Shown in pieces: positions 29,415 to 39,400 of a stretch of 64,000 bases of DNA (position 1 is the first letter of the stretch; every line of letters starts with the position of its first letter). The DNA comes from Tolypothrix carrinoi HA7290-LM1 (GTDB lineage Bacteria; Cyanobacteriota; Cyanobacteriia; Cyanobacteriales; Nostocaceae). The notes beneath the pieces are model-generated. The model saw only the letters and a program-made list of their open reading frames with translations, did no database searches and was not told where the DNA came from. The stretch lies in NCBI GenBank assembly GCA_019358935.1, contig JAHHIK010000007.1:32001-96000 (forward strand), in the 5' to 3' direction. Both the position numbers and the translations under genes were made by a program.

Positions 29415-30757
29415 TCCGCAAACGCAACCAACCTCTCAAAAGTCAAATTGAAGTGCCTTGGGACCCCAGAAGCGATTTATCTCCCAACGCTGCCGCCGAG
29501 TCCACCCAGAACGTGCCATTAGAGCAGATACGTCTCCCCCAACAGCAACCCCGGCGTTACTTTGACCCTCAAGCTCTAAACGAGTTAATCGACTCAGTCA
29601 AACAGCATGGCATCCTGCAACCCTTATTAGTGCGCCCCATTGATGAGGGTCAATACGAATTAGTGGCAGGGGAACGACGCTACCGCGCCGCAAAAGATTG
29701 TGGACTTGAAAAAGTTCCCGTCGTTGTCCGCGAGTTGAGTAACGAAGATGCTTTCCAACTCGCACTAATAGAAAACTTGCTTCGAGAAGACCTCAACCCA
29801 GTGGAGTCAACTGAAGGCATCCTACAACTGTTGGCAGTCAGGTTAAAGCGCAATGTTGAGTCAGTTCCAACCTTACTGCATCGCCTACAACGCGAATACA
29901 AAGAAGCCGCCAAAGTTGCCAATAACGTTATTGGCAACTTTGGCGCATCGGATCTAGACACTGCCAATAACGTTATTGGCAAAAGTGAAGCGGATGATGA
30001 ACCGGAATCTGCCAATAACGTTATTGGCAAAACTTCAGTATCGGATCAAGACACTGCCAATAACGTTATTGGCAAAACTTCAGTATCGGATCAAGACACT
30101 GCCAATAACGTTATTGGCAAAAGTGAAGCGGAGGAATCAGGCGCTGCCAATAACGTTACTGTCAAAAATGAATCTGATGAGGGGGAATCTGCCAATAATG
30201 TTATTGGCAAAAGTGAAGCAGATCCAGACGCTGCCAATAACGTTATTGTCAAAAATTCAGCATCGGCTCAAGACTCTGCCAATAACGTTATTGGCAAAAC
30301 TGAGTCGGATGGTTCATCACCATCCCCCAACCCGAATTTAAGTGCCAATCCAGACCTGAAGATTATTGAAGAAGTATTTATCGGCTTGGGGACAATGACC
30401 TGGGAGTCCTTTGTCAATAATCGTCTGCCCCTACTAAACCTCCCAGAAGACATCCTCAATGTGCTGCGCTCTGGACAAATTGCCTACACCAAAGCCAAAG
30501 TTATTGCCCAAATCAAAGAGGACTCAACACGGCAAACCGTTTTAGAAAAAGCCGTTGCCAATAGCTGGTCACTATCACAAATTAAAGAACACATCCAAAC
30601 CCTATCACCCACTACGCCACCACCAACGCCTCTCAAGTCTCGTCTGGATGCCACAATCCGTCAGGTGAAGAAAGCCCGGATTTGGGATGACCCCAACAAG
30701 CAAACTCGTCTATCAACACTTCTAGCAGAACTGGAAACCCTCCTGGCTGAGGATTAA
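29411..30757 (+). CDS. parB: ParB/Spo0J-family partition protein with internal ~15-aa repeats
   Basis: QPRRYFD, GILQPLLVR, LVAGERRYRAA, ENLLREDL; overlaps the parA stop (ATGA); nine ANNVIG-type repeats. Confidence 0.95.
   Translation: MIRKRNQPLKSQIEVPWDPRSDLSPNAAAESTQNVPLEQIRLPQQQPRRYFDPQALNELIDSVKQHGILQPLLVRPIDEGQYELVAGERRYRAAKDCGLEKVPVVVRELSNEDAFQLALIENLLREDLNPVESTEGILQLLAVRLKRNVESVPTLLHRLQREYKEAAKVANNVIGNFGASDLDTANNVIGKSEADDEPESANNVIGKTSVSDQDTANNVIGKTSVSDQDTANNVIGKSEAEESGAANNVTVKNESDEGESANNVIGKSEADPDAANNVIVKNSASAQDSANNVIGKTESDGSSPSPNPNLSANPDLKIIEEVFIGLGTMTWESFVNNRLPLLNLPEDILNVLRSGQIAYTKAKVIAQIKEDSTRQTVLEKAVANSWSLSQIKEHIQTLSPTTPPPTPLKSRLDATIRQVKKARIWDDPNKQTRLSTLLAELETLLAED
29908..30296. 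repeat. Array of nine 20-bp palindromes inside parB (candidate parS array)
   Basis: TGCCAATAACGTTATTGGCA at 29917, 29962, 30010, 30055, 30100 and 30277 (perfect); 30145, 30190 and 30232 have 1-2 mismatches. Confidence 0.9.
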
Positions 30758-30947
30758 ACGCCACTAAAAACAACACCCATAATCCGTAAAACCTTTGCCC
30801 TGACTGCATTGGAGAGTGTATAACCAACTACGAACCTGGCTGAACTGGAAACCCTTCTCACTCTCGATTAAACGCCACTAAAACCTACGCCTATAATCAG
30901 TAAAACCCTTATCATTACTGCATTATAGAATGTATAACAAACCACAA
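30728..30947. repeat. Diverged 114-bp tandem duplication of the parB 3' end and downstream DNA
   Basis: GAACTGGAAACCCT...GATTAAACGCCACTAAAA...ACTGCATT...TGTATAAC at 30728 and 30842. Confidence 0.8.
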
Positions 30948-31007
30948 AAGCAAAATTAATAAACTACACTAGCATTTAAATCCTTTGTTGATCGCCCTTT
31001 CCTGACA

Positions 31008-33902
31008 ATGCTAGATAAGCATAAGATTGATCAGCTACTGAACGCCTGGTTGGATTTCTTTTATCTGGAAAACCTTTCCCATGCTGAAGTTGATGCTGCC
31101 GACGATGATAACCAAATCTTGGACAAAGGCATCTCCCTGGTCGGCGACAATCTGCTTATAGAAGAATCTTTATTTAAACAACTCAAGCAACAATTCCTCG
31201 CGCTCAAGAAGAAAGGTAAAAATAATGACTTTCAAATGGCTGTAGCTTTGCCTCAAATTTGGCGGGCAATTGAAGGCAGTCGCCGATTTTATCCCCTGTT
31301 TAAGATTGATATTTCCAGCATCTTTCAAGGCAACTACCGCGCTAAAGGTTGGGATTTGAATTCTTTTGAGTTCCAACCCGTTCCCCCAAACTTGATGGAA
31401 TTGTATCAGCTTGACGAAGAAGAAATCGAAGCCTTAGTCATAAAAGAAGGTCTCAAGGTCTTCTTAGAAACCACCTTTAAGCAATCTTTCACCAGCCTGC
31501 AAGACTTTCTTGACCTTGTTGACTTGCCAGTCAAACCTTACACAACCAAACGCGCTCCCTATCTGCTGCACTTTGACTTCGTTGCTTACAATTACAATCT
31601 CAAAAAAGACTTACAGAAAATATTAGAGCAGCCGCAGTGGGAGTGGGCAGAACCAGGTCATCCCGCTTATGAGTATCTGTTTGGGCAACCCCAACCACCA
31701 CACCATGAAGTGCTGTTTCTGGGTGCTTTTCCGACTCATCCCCCCACGGACTCTCAAGCAGTGGCTCTCAAACACACCCAAGAGAACCCCATCACTGCCG
31801 TTATTGGTCCTCCAGGAAATGGCAAGACTACCTTGCTGTTGCACAAACTAGCCCAGCAAGTGGTCAAACGGGCTGTGCAGTTGGCGCAAACGGGACAAGA
31901 TGAAAGTAATTTGACCCTAGTTACCAGTACGAACAACCGGGCTGTCTCCAATGTTGAGCAACGATTAGCTCAAGACTTCCCAACCAACCGATTTTATTTA
32001 TCAGGAGGCTCTAAAGAGTTAATCACAAAACTTGTTATACCCAAACTGCAAGCCGCCATTGATTGGTTACAAAACGAGACTTTTAACGAAACCGAATGGC
32101 AGGGAGTGTCTCAAAAACTGTTAGCAGGAGTCAACCAACTGCATTCTCAACTAGAGCTTGACCAAAGACAACTTCAACAACGGGCAGAGGATGAACAACT
32201 GCTTCGAGAGCTTGTTGGGGATATTCAAGCAAAGTCTCTTGAGATAGAAACGCCCCAGATAGAGCAGCAACTTCAAGAGCAGATACCATATCCTGAACCC
32301 GACTACTCCCAATTCCCCCTAGAAGCCTACCAGATAATCAAGCCGCATTTGGACAATGCCAAGCGATCGCTCCCGCGTGTAGACCACTCCCAATTTAATG
32401 GTAAAGCTGGTAACTGGTTGGTTCGAGTCCGATATTGGCTCACGAAACTTTGGCAAAAGCTGACCAGAACCACTGAGCGACACATTCTACGAAAGTTGCA
32501 CAAACAGATTTCAGCTCCGGTTCTGGCTACCCTAGCAACACCCTTTCCCTTTCAAATTCCTCTCACCAGGGAGTCTCTGTCTGCTGCTTGCTCCTCTGTC
32601 GCGTCGCAGCTAGAAGCAGCACACCAGTGGCACACCAAATTTCAGAAATTGGCTGACACTCAAACCCATTTAGACTCGCTCCAACGCCGTCAAGATGACC
32701 TTGTTGCTCAGAAACAACAAGTTGAAAAACGGTTGGCTGGCTATCCCACTCAAGATTTTTACACTCGCTTCTACACCGAACAGCACCCGCTCGCTGTGCA
32801 ATTATTTGAGTGGTCTTGGCAGTATCTGCAACTCCAAGCACTACGACGCAAGCATGAAGTTATTGCCTCCTTAAAGACTTACATTAGTGTTTTGAGTGGC
32901 GAATGGGAGGCTTTTCGCTCCTTTGGGCGTGACTGGCGAAATATTTACTCTGACCTCAGCTTGCTGTTTCCAGTTATCACTTCAACCCTGCACTCTGTCC
33001 GTAATCTACTGCCCTATCCTGACAGTGGCTGTATTGACCAGTTGATTGTCGATGAAGCCGGGATGATTCCCGTCCATCAGCTATTTCCTGCCCTCGTCCG
33101 CTGCAAAAAGGCTCTTGTGGTGGGCGACCCCTTGCAGTTGGAGCCAGTCATTAGCTTTAGCAAACAAACTCTAGAACAATATTGCACGCAGGCTTTTTTC
33201 AAACGGGGACTGAGTGAGTCAGACTATGACCGTTACAGTCCGACAGCTTGCGACACAGCAACCGCGTATCACCGAGCAGCAGGAGCTAGTGGTCAATCGG
33301 GAGACTTGGGCAAGGGAATTATTCTTAAAGAACACCACCGCTGTGTTCCACCCATTATTACTTTTTCAGATCGCCTCTGTAACTATGGCTTAATCATCAA
33401 AACCCCAGCCAAAGCTTCTGCACTTGGTTCCAACCTAATTGCTTACCACGTCGAGGGAAAGTACGAATCCCACACAAACCCTGAAGAAACGAGAGCCGTC
33501 GAAGCGATTATTGAGGAGCTGCTTAAGTATGGTTACTGCATTGACAAGCCAGACAATGAAAAAACAATTGGGGTAATTTCGCCTTATCGTCGTCAAGCCA
33601 ACGCCCTTGGGTCTCGTTTATGCTCACGCTGGGAAGATTTTAGCAATAACAGTATTGGGACAATTCACACCTTTCAAGGGGGCGAGAAATCGGTGATTCT
33701 CCTATCTACTCGCCAGTGCCGTAAAGAAGATTCGCTGTGGTTTATTAATCGCCGTCCCAATTTACTGAATGTCGCAGTAAGTCGTGCCAAAGAATTATTC
33801 ATTTTGGTGGGGAATTTAGAGCATCTGGAGCAAGGAGGTGGCTACACCAAGATGTTAGTGGAACATATTCGGCAGCACGGAGAGATTCGGTTGTTACCGT
33901 GA
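31008..33902 (+). CDS. Superfamily 1 (Upf1/DNA2-like) helicase/ATPase
   Basis: GPPGNGKT, STNNRAV, LIVDEAG, VGDPLQLEP, EHHRC, GVISPYRRQ, GTIHTFQGGE, LLNVAVSRAK. Confidence 0.9.
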   Translation: MLDKHKIDQLLNAWLDFFYLENLSHAEVDAADDDNQILDKGISLVGDNLLIEESLFKQLKQQFLALKKKGKNNDFQMAVALPQIWRAIEGSRRFYPLFKIDISSIFQGNYRAKGWDLNSFEFQPVPPNLMELYQLDEEEIEALVIKEGLKVFLETTFKQSFTSLQDFLDLVDLPVKPYTTKRAPYLLHFDFVAYNYNLKKDLQKILEQPQWEWAEPGHPAYEYLFGQPQPPHHEVLFLGAFPTHPPTDSQAVALKHTQENPITAVIGPPGNGKTTLLLHKLAQQVVKRAVQLAQTGQDESNLTLVTSTNNRAVSNVEQRLAQDFPTNRFYLSGGSKELITKLVIPKLQAAIDWLQNETFNETEWQGVSQKLLAGVNQLHSQLELDQRQLQQRAEDEQLLRELVGDIQAKSLEIETPQIEQQLQEQIPYPEPDYSQFPLEAYQIIKPHLDNAKRSLPRVDHSQFNGKAGNWLVRVRYWLTKLWQKLTRTTERHILRKLHKQISAPVLATLATPFPFQIPLTRESLSAACSSVASQLEAAHQWHTKFQKLADTQTHLDSLQRRQDDLVAQKQQVEKRLAGYPTQDFYTRFYTEQHPLAVQLFEWSWQYLQLQALRRKHEVIASLKTYISVLSGEWEAFRSFGRDWRNIYSDLSLLFPVITSTLHSVRNLLPYPDSGCIDQLIVDEAGMIPVHQLFPALVRCKKALVVGDPLQLEPVISFSKQTLEQYCTQAFFKRGLSESDYDRYSPTACDTATAYHRAAGASGQSGDLGKGIILKEHHRCVPPIITFSDRLCNYGLIIKTPAKASALGSNLIAYHVEGKYESHTNPEETRAVEAIIEELLKYGYCIDKPDNEKTIGVISPYRRQANALGSRLCSRWEDFSNNSIGTIHTFQGGEKSVILLSTRQCRKEDSLWFINRRPNLLNVAVSRAKELFILVGNLEHLEQGGGYTKMLVEHIRQHGEIRLLP

Positions 33903-34062
33903 GCGCACTCCGGTTCTGGGAACGTGTGCAGTTAAACAAAGGCTTATCCAAGAAGCGATTAAAATATAATAAATATACTTACTATGGAATTTGTAAAATC
34001 ATTCAGCTTTTACACTCCTCCAAAGCACAATTAAACAGGAGAGATTGACAGAGGACAAGCCG

Positions 34063-35802
34063 ATGGCTTACGCAATCTTCCGCATTGAAAAACAAAAAAC
34101 TTGGGGACAAATTGCTGGCAGTGCTGGTCACGCCCAGCGTACCAGAGAAACACCTAATGCTGACCCCAATCAAGAAAATATCTGGCTGATTGGCAATTCT
34201 ACACAGGATTTAGTACAGGTTGTGCGCGATCGCATTGGCGAGCAAACGATTCGTAAAAATGCAGTGCTTTGTGTAGATATGTTACTGGCTGCCTCTCCAG
34301 AATATTTTCGTCACGACAGTATAGCGGAAGCAGGGGTGTATGAGGATGACAGACTAGAAGCTTGGGTGAAGCTGAACGAGCAGTGGTTGAGTGAGCGATT
34401 TGGCGATCGCATTGTGTCAGCTGTCCTGCACCGAGATGAAGCCACTCCCCATATTCAGGCTCACTTGGTTCCCATTGATGAAAAAGGCAAACTCAACTGT
34501 AATGGCATCTTTGGCTCTCCTAAAATTTTGAGGAAATGGCAAGATGACTATGCCTCGGCCATGCAACCACTTGGTTTAGAACGGGGGATAAGAGGTAGTA
34601 AGGCTACGCATATTGACATCCAGCAATATTACAGCAACATCAACGCTGACCATACGTTGGACATGGACGTGCTGCTCGACAAAGCCAGAGATAGGGATAG
34701 AGCCGAACGTCAGCGTAGGGAGATGGAAGCTACTGCTAAGGCAGCACAAGCGTCAGCTGACCGATTGAGGGAACAAAACCAGCGGTTGCAATTACAAATT
34801 CGCAAGCTCAAGAAGCAACTGGCACAACAATCAGAACAGCTGCAAGACATTCCTCTAGAAGATGTGGCTTATGAACTTGGGTTGTCAGGCGATAATGATT
34901 CGGAGAATCGGTGGGTTGGTGCGGGTATTGCACTGGAAATAAACGGAGCTAAGTTCTCCGACTCTGGGACACAAACCGATGGTGAGGGTGCGATAGAACT
35001 GGTGCAGCACGTTATGGACTATGACTACCCCTCAAGTGTTGCTTGGTTAGCTGATAGATTTGGGGAGACAAAAGCGATCGCTGCCACCACAGCTAAGTCC
35101 CAACGACAAGCAGAGGATATTATTGCTACCAAAAGAGTTCCACAGTTTGAACCACCAGCACCGGATGAAGATAAGTGGTTGGGGGTGAGGCGCTACCTGG
35201 TCGAGACGAAGGGATTAAGAGAAGACTTAGTGGACAAGACGCACTCTGTAGGGCGCATCTATGCTGATGCCCAAGGAAATGCTGTATTCTTGCAACAAGC
35301 TATGGACTACTCTGATGGACAACTTAGGCGGGATCGGGTTACGGGAGCCAGTATGAAGGGAAGTGGCTTTAATGGGTTAGCACTCGGTTCAAGTCGAGAA
35401 TCAGGCTGGTTCGGGGTGGGGCTAGGTCAGGGAGACGTGCAAAGAATTGCCCTAGTAGAGTCTCCTATTGAGGTTTTGTCAATAGCTTCGTTGTACCCCA
35501 ATCCCAAAGTCCCCACTCTCTACTTAGCAACAAATGGAACTGATGCCCTGCCAATGGAGCTAATGCGCTCCTTGATGTCGCGTGGCGGTGAAATTTTTGT
35601 GGCTTATAGTGCTAGTGAGTCGGGGGAAAAGCTGGCTCAACAAGTGATGGAGCAACTGCCAGAAGCAACCAGAGTTAAACCCCAACTGGGTGAAACTTGG
35701 AATGAACAGCTACGAATTAGTCAACAGCAAGTTCGAGAGCAGTCCAATAGACAAACGCAACATAAACAGAAATCTATTGATGGTGGGGGAATGGAGCTTT
35801 AA
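34063..35802 (+). CDS. mobV: MobV (Mob/Pre) relaxase fused to DUF3991/Toprim-like C-terminal domains
   Basis: MAYAIFRIEK, HAQRTRETPNADP, IRKNAVL, ASPEYF, LHRDEATPHIQAH, GLERG; C-terminal LVESPIEVLS Toprim-like motif. Confidence 0.9.
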   Translation: MAYAIFRIEKQKTWGQIAGSAGHAQRTRETPNADPNQENIWLIGNSTQDLVQVVRDRIGEQTIRKNAVLCVDMLLAASPEYFRHDSIAEAGVYEDDRLEAWVKLNEQWLSERFGDRIVSAVLHRDEATPHIQAHLVPIDEKGKLNCNGIFGSPKILRKWQDDYASAMQPLGLERGIRGSKATHIDIQQYYSNINADHTLDMDVLLDKARDRDRAERQRREMEATAKAAQASADRLREQNQRLQLQIRKLKKQLAQQSEQLQDIPLEDVAYELGLSGDNDSENRWVGAGIALEINGAKFSDSGTQTDGEGAIELVQHVMDYDYPSSVAWLADRFGETKAIAATTAKSQRQAEDIIATKRVPQFEPPAPDEDKWLGVRRYLVETKGLREDLVDKTHSVGRIYADAQGNAVFLQQAMDYSDGQLRRDRVTGASMKGSGFNGLALGSSRESGWFGVGLGQGDVQRIALVESPIEVLSIASLYPNPKVPTLYLATNGTDALPMELMRSLMSRGGEIFVAYSASESGEKLAQQVMEQLPEATRVKPQLGETWNEQLRISQQQVREQSNRQTQHKQKSIDGGGMEL

Positions 35803-36127
35803 CTGCTTGTTGGATGTTCAGGCGTCAGCAGGCGATGGTCTCTTATAGTACCGCCGTTGGCACATCAAGGAGCGTCCAGGAGAGCGCAGCGTCTCCGCGA
35901 TTGAGAAGTGAAGCCGACGCACAACTAAGGCATCGCTTCCCTTGAAGTTGGAACCTCTTAAAATCAAGAGGAGTGGAGCCTAGAAGAAGGATGCGGTTAT
36001 GGAAGAAGGCTCTCCCCAGAAAATTTCATTCCTTCCGTGAGTTCGTAATTCTTTTAGTCCACCATGTGTAGTCCACCATGTGTCCGTCCCTTGACCACCC
36101 CATCAAATCACTTCATGCATTTTCATC

Positions 36128-36202
36128 TGCCAATAACGTTATTGGCAATTATCGCCATCAAATTACTGAATGCATTTTCAGCTGCCAATAACGTTATTGG
36201 CA
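36128..36202. repeat. Two perfect intergenic copies of the 20-bp palindrome (candidate parS)
   Basis: TGCCAATAACGTTATTGGCA at 36128 and 36183. Confidence 0.85.
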
Positions 36203-36481
36203 ACGTGACTGTTGAAAAAGGAGAGAACGTAACATTTAGCAAAAATTGTACGTGCTCGAAAAACTGGAAATACGGTTAATCGCACTTCTTAAATTCAGGA
36301 TTACCGCACCTAAATTTTGACTGAATAAAAGGTAGTAACAATACGAATTTATTGGGTACGGTTTTCCCTAAAATGTCTAGCTCAAAAAGTGGGGTGATGC
36401 GGATATCGTTTTGCGATCGCCTAAGAACAACTGGTACGTTATGGATGTAAAATACCCTAACGGTACAAAAATTTATCATGA

Positions 36482-39400
36482 GTGGATGTAACGCGCCCGA
36501 TAATTACCATGACCGATTCTGAGGCTGATAACCAAAAACTACAAACGCAACTCGCCCAAACGTACCGTCAGCTACCACCACTAGAAGAAAAGATTGTTCA
36601 ATTGTTCTCGGTAATTTACGAACCGATCAACAGAACTTCGTTCTTAGACTGTTTGAATTACATCGGTGCGCGCGATCAAAATTACAAGCCTTTCACTAAC
36701 GCTACATTAAAGCCCTATATTGATGGATTGCTAGCAGCAGGCTTGCTGGTTCAAGAACAAGGACAGGGGCCTCAGTGCCATCCGTTACTGGTAGAGATTG
36801 CTACTCGCTCGGCGGTGAAAGCTGGCTGTTTTGAAGTCATGGCAAAAACGGTGCATGATAAGTTAGGAGTAAAAGCTCGTTGGCAAGATGGGCCACTGTA
36901 TTTCCAGAGCGCGAGCCAATTTATCAGAGAAGTTCGTATTGGTCTTTACAGCCAGAACCTCAGTTTCATTAACAAACAGATTGAAGATTACAACAGATAC
37001 AATAACAGCAAAGACAAGATATCCATAGAAAATATCTTCGAGCAAGTATGCACTAACCCATTCGATGCAGATTGGTTTCGCACCCTGCCACAAGAATTGT
37101 ATGACAGCTGCATATCTATCATCCTCATCAATGCAGCGCTCTTATGTTCTCCCGCAGATGTTGCCTTTGCCCTACTTCAAGAAGAATGCGCGACTTCGAG
37201 TGGACATTCCTCAGATTACTTGCACCTAATTTTGACAGAACAACTGCTGCTACGGGGTTGTATACAAGAAGCACAACAGAGTTTGGAGCGCATATCCGAC
37301 GATTATCGAGCGGAAGCCGCCGTATGCAAGGGTTGGTTGAATTTTTTACGTGGCGATAATCAGCAAGCGATCGCTGATTACACTGCTGGGATCAAATCCC
37401 TCAAGAAAGCCACAGGCAAGCGTCAGGTGTATTTTAGCACTATGGGCGGCTTGTTTTTTATTTTGGCACTGATCAAAGATGGTTCGCGGGATAGTCTCCA
37501 AGAAGCGCTTGATTACACCAGTCTGCTTGCACGTCAGTCAGACCATTGGCTGAAGTCGATTTATGCACAGTTGAAAATCCTGCTGCAAGTCCAATTAGGC
37601 GATATCGCTCAAAAAGAATTCATCATCAGCAACCGCATCCTGTTAAGAGAAGAACACAACAGCCTAGAAACCCTATTTTTCGCCCTGTGCCATTACTGGG
37701 TAGATGCAGACAGAGCCAAAAAGCACCTGCCCAGATTGTTAGAGGAATTCTACCAACAAGCCGTGGCATCTGGTTATCACTGGTTGGCGATGGAGAGTGC
37801 AGAACTCTTGTCCCGGCTCAAACCGAACAGCAGCTATGAAACTCAGGCAGAAATCCTAGGCGAAGATATCGGTATAGACAGCATTATTGACGTGATGCAG
37901 CCACAAGAACCTTGGGAGATGTGCTTAAACGCACTGGCAAATCTCCATAAGGAACCGCAAGCACCTGTAAAAGCTGAAGCAGAACTGCGCTTGGCATGGT
38001 TTATTACTTTCTACCCCAGCAAATGTATCTTGCAACCCCGCGAACAAAAGGTTAACGCCAAAGGCGAGTGGAGTAAAGGTCGCCCGATAGCCATCAAGCG
38101 TTTAAGCGCTCACCTGGGTGAGTTTGATTATCTCACGCCCCAGGATATTCGGGTATGTGGCTGCATTGAAACATTTACGAACTATGATTATGGATATCAC
38201 GGCAAAACCGAGTATACATTCAACGCCAAGGCAATCTCTGCGTTAATTGGACACCCCTTGGTATTTTGGGAAGATGCACCAACCACCCGCGTGGAAATTG
38301 TCAAGAGAGAACCGGAACTAATTGTCAAAAAAGGCAGACGAGATCGCTTAACTTTGGAATTTTCTCCCAAATTAGAGGCATCACAGAATATCCTCGCTGT
38401 CAAGGAAACCCCAACCCGCATCAAAGTGATTGAAATTAGTGCCGAACACCGACGCATTGCCGAGATTATCGGTAAAGAAAATCGGCTCAACGTACCCGCT
38501 ACTGCCTCTAAGCAAGTCTTAGCCGCCATCAATGCTGTCTCTGGAATCGTCACCGTGCATTCTGACATCGGTGGTGGAATGGAGGGAGCAGAAGTTGTAC
38601 CAGCCCAGACTATACCCCATATTCACCTGTTGCCTGCCAATGCCGGATTGAAAGTATCCCTGCTATCTCGCCCCTTTGCCCAAGGTGGCCCCTACTATCG
38701 CCCTGGTACAGGGGGTGAGACTGTGATTGCAGAGATAGATGGTAAGCGGCTGCAAACCAGACGTAATCTGCATGAAGAAAAGCAACTTGCTAATGCCGCC
38801 ATAAAAGCCTGTCCCACCTTGACTCGTGCTGAAGAACAAGATAGGGAATGGCTTATAGAAGACCCAGAAGACTGTTTAGAACTGCTGCTAGAACTGCAAG
38901 CATTAGGAGACACAGTGGTACTGGAATGGCCGGAAGGAGAAAAACTGCGTGTCAAGCACCAAGCTGACCTCAAAGATTTTCAGATGACTATTCAACGCCA
39001 GCAGGACTGGTTTGCTGCCACTGGCGAATTGAAACTGGATAAAGACCTAGTGCTGGATATGCAGCAACTACTAGAACTATTGGATAAAACCCCAAGTCGT
39101 TTTATCCCCCTTGGTGACGGTCAATTCCTGGCTTTAACCCAAGCGTTTCGCAAACGTCTTGATGAATTGCGGGCGTTTTCAGAAAAACATAGTAAAGGTA
39201 TACGCTTTCACCCCTTGGCAACATTAGGCTTAGAGGATTTGGTAGACTCCGTGGGCAAGGTGAAAGCAGACAAACACTGGAAGGCACACATCGAGCGTCT
39301 CAAGGAAGTGCAAAGCCTCCAACCGGAACTCCCCTCTACGTTCCAAGCTTCCCTGCGCGACTACCAAATGTCAGGGTTCAGTTGGCTGGCACGGCTAGCT

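Noticed and set aside
29917..30296. CRISPR array (regular palindromic repeats with spacers)
   Set aside because: Repeats are only 20 bp, spacers are 22-28 bp and related to each other (two are identical), the array is in frame inside parB, and no cas genes are present.
29680..30341. Overlapping ORFs with LPITLLA repeats (29976-30341 + and 29680-30030 -)
   Set aside because: By-products of the palindrome, which reads LPITLLA in another frame on both strands; no independent evidence of coding.
33903..34062. oriT for the MobV relaxase
   Set aside because: AT-rich, but I could not identify a convincing inverted repeat or nic motif.
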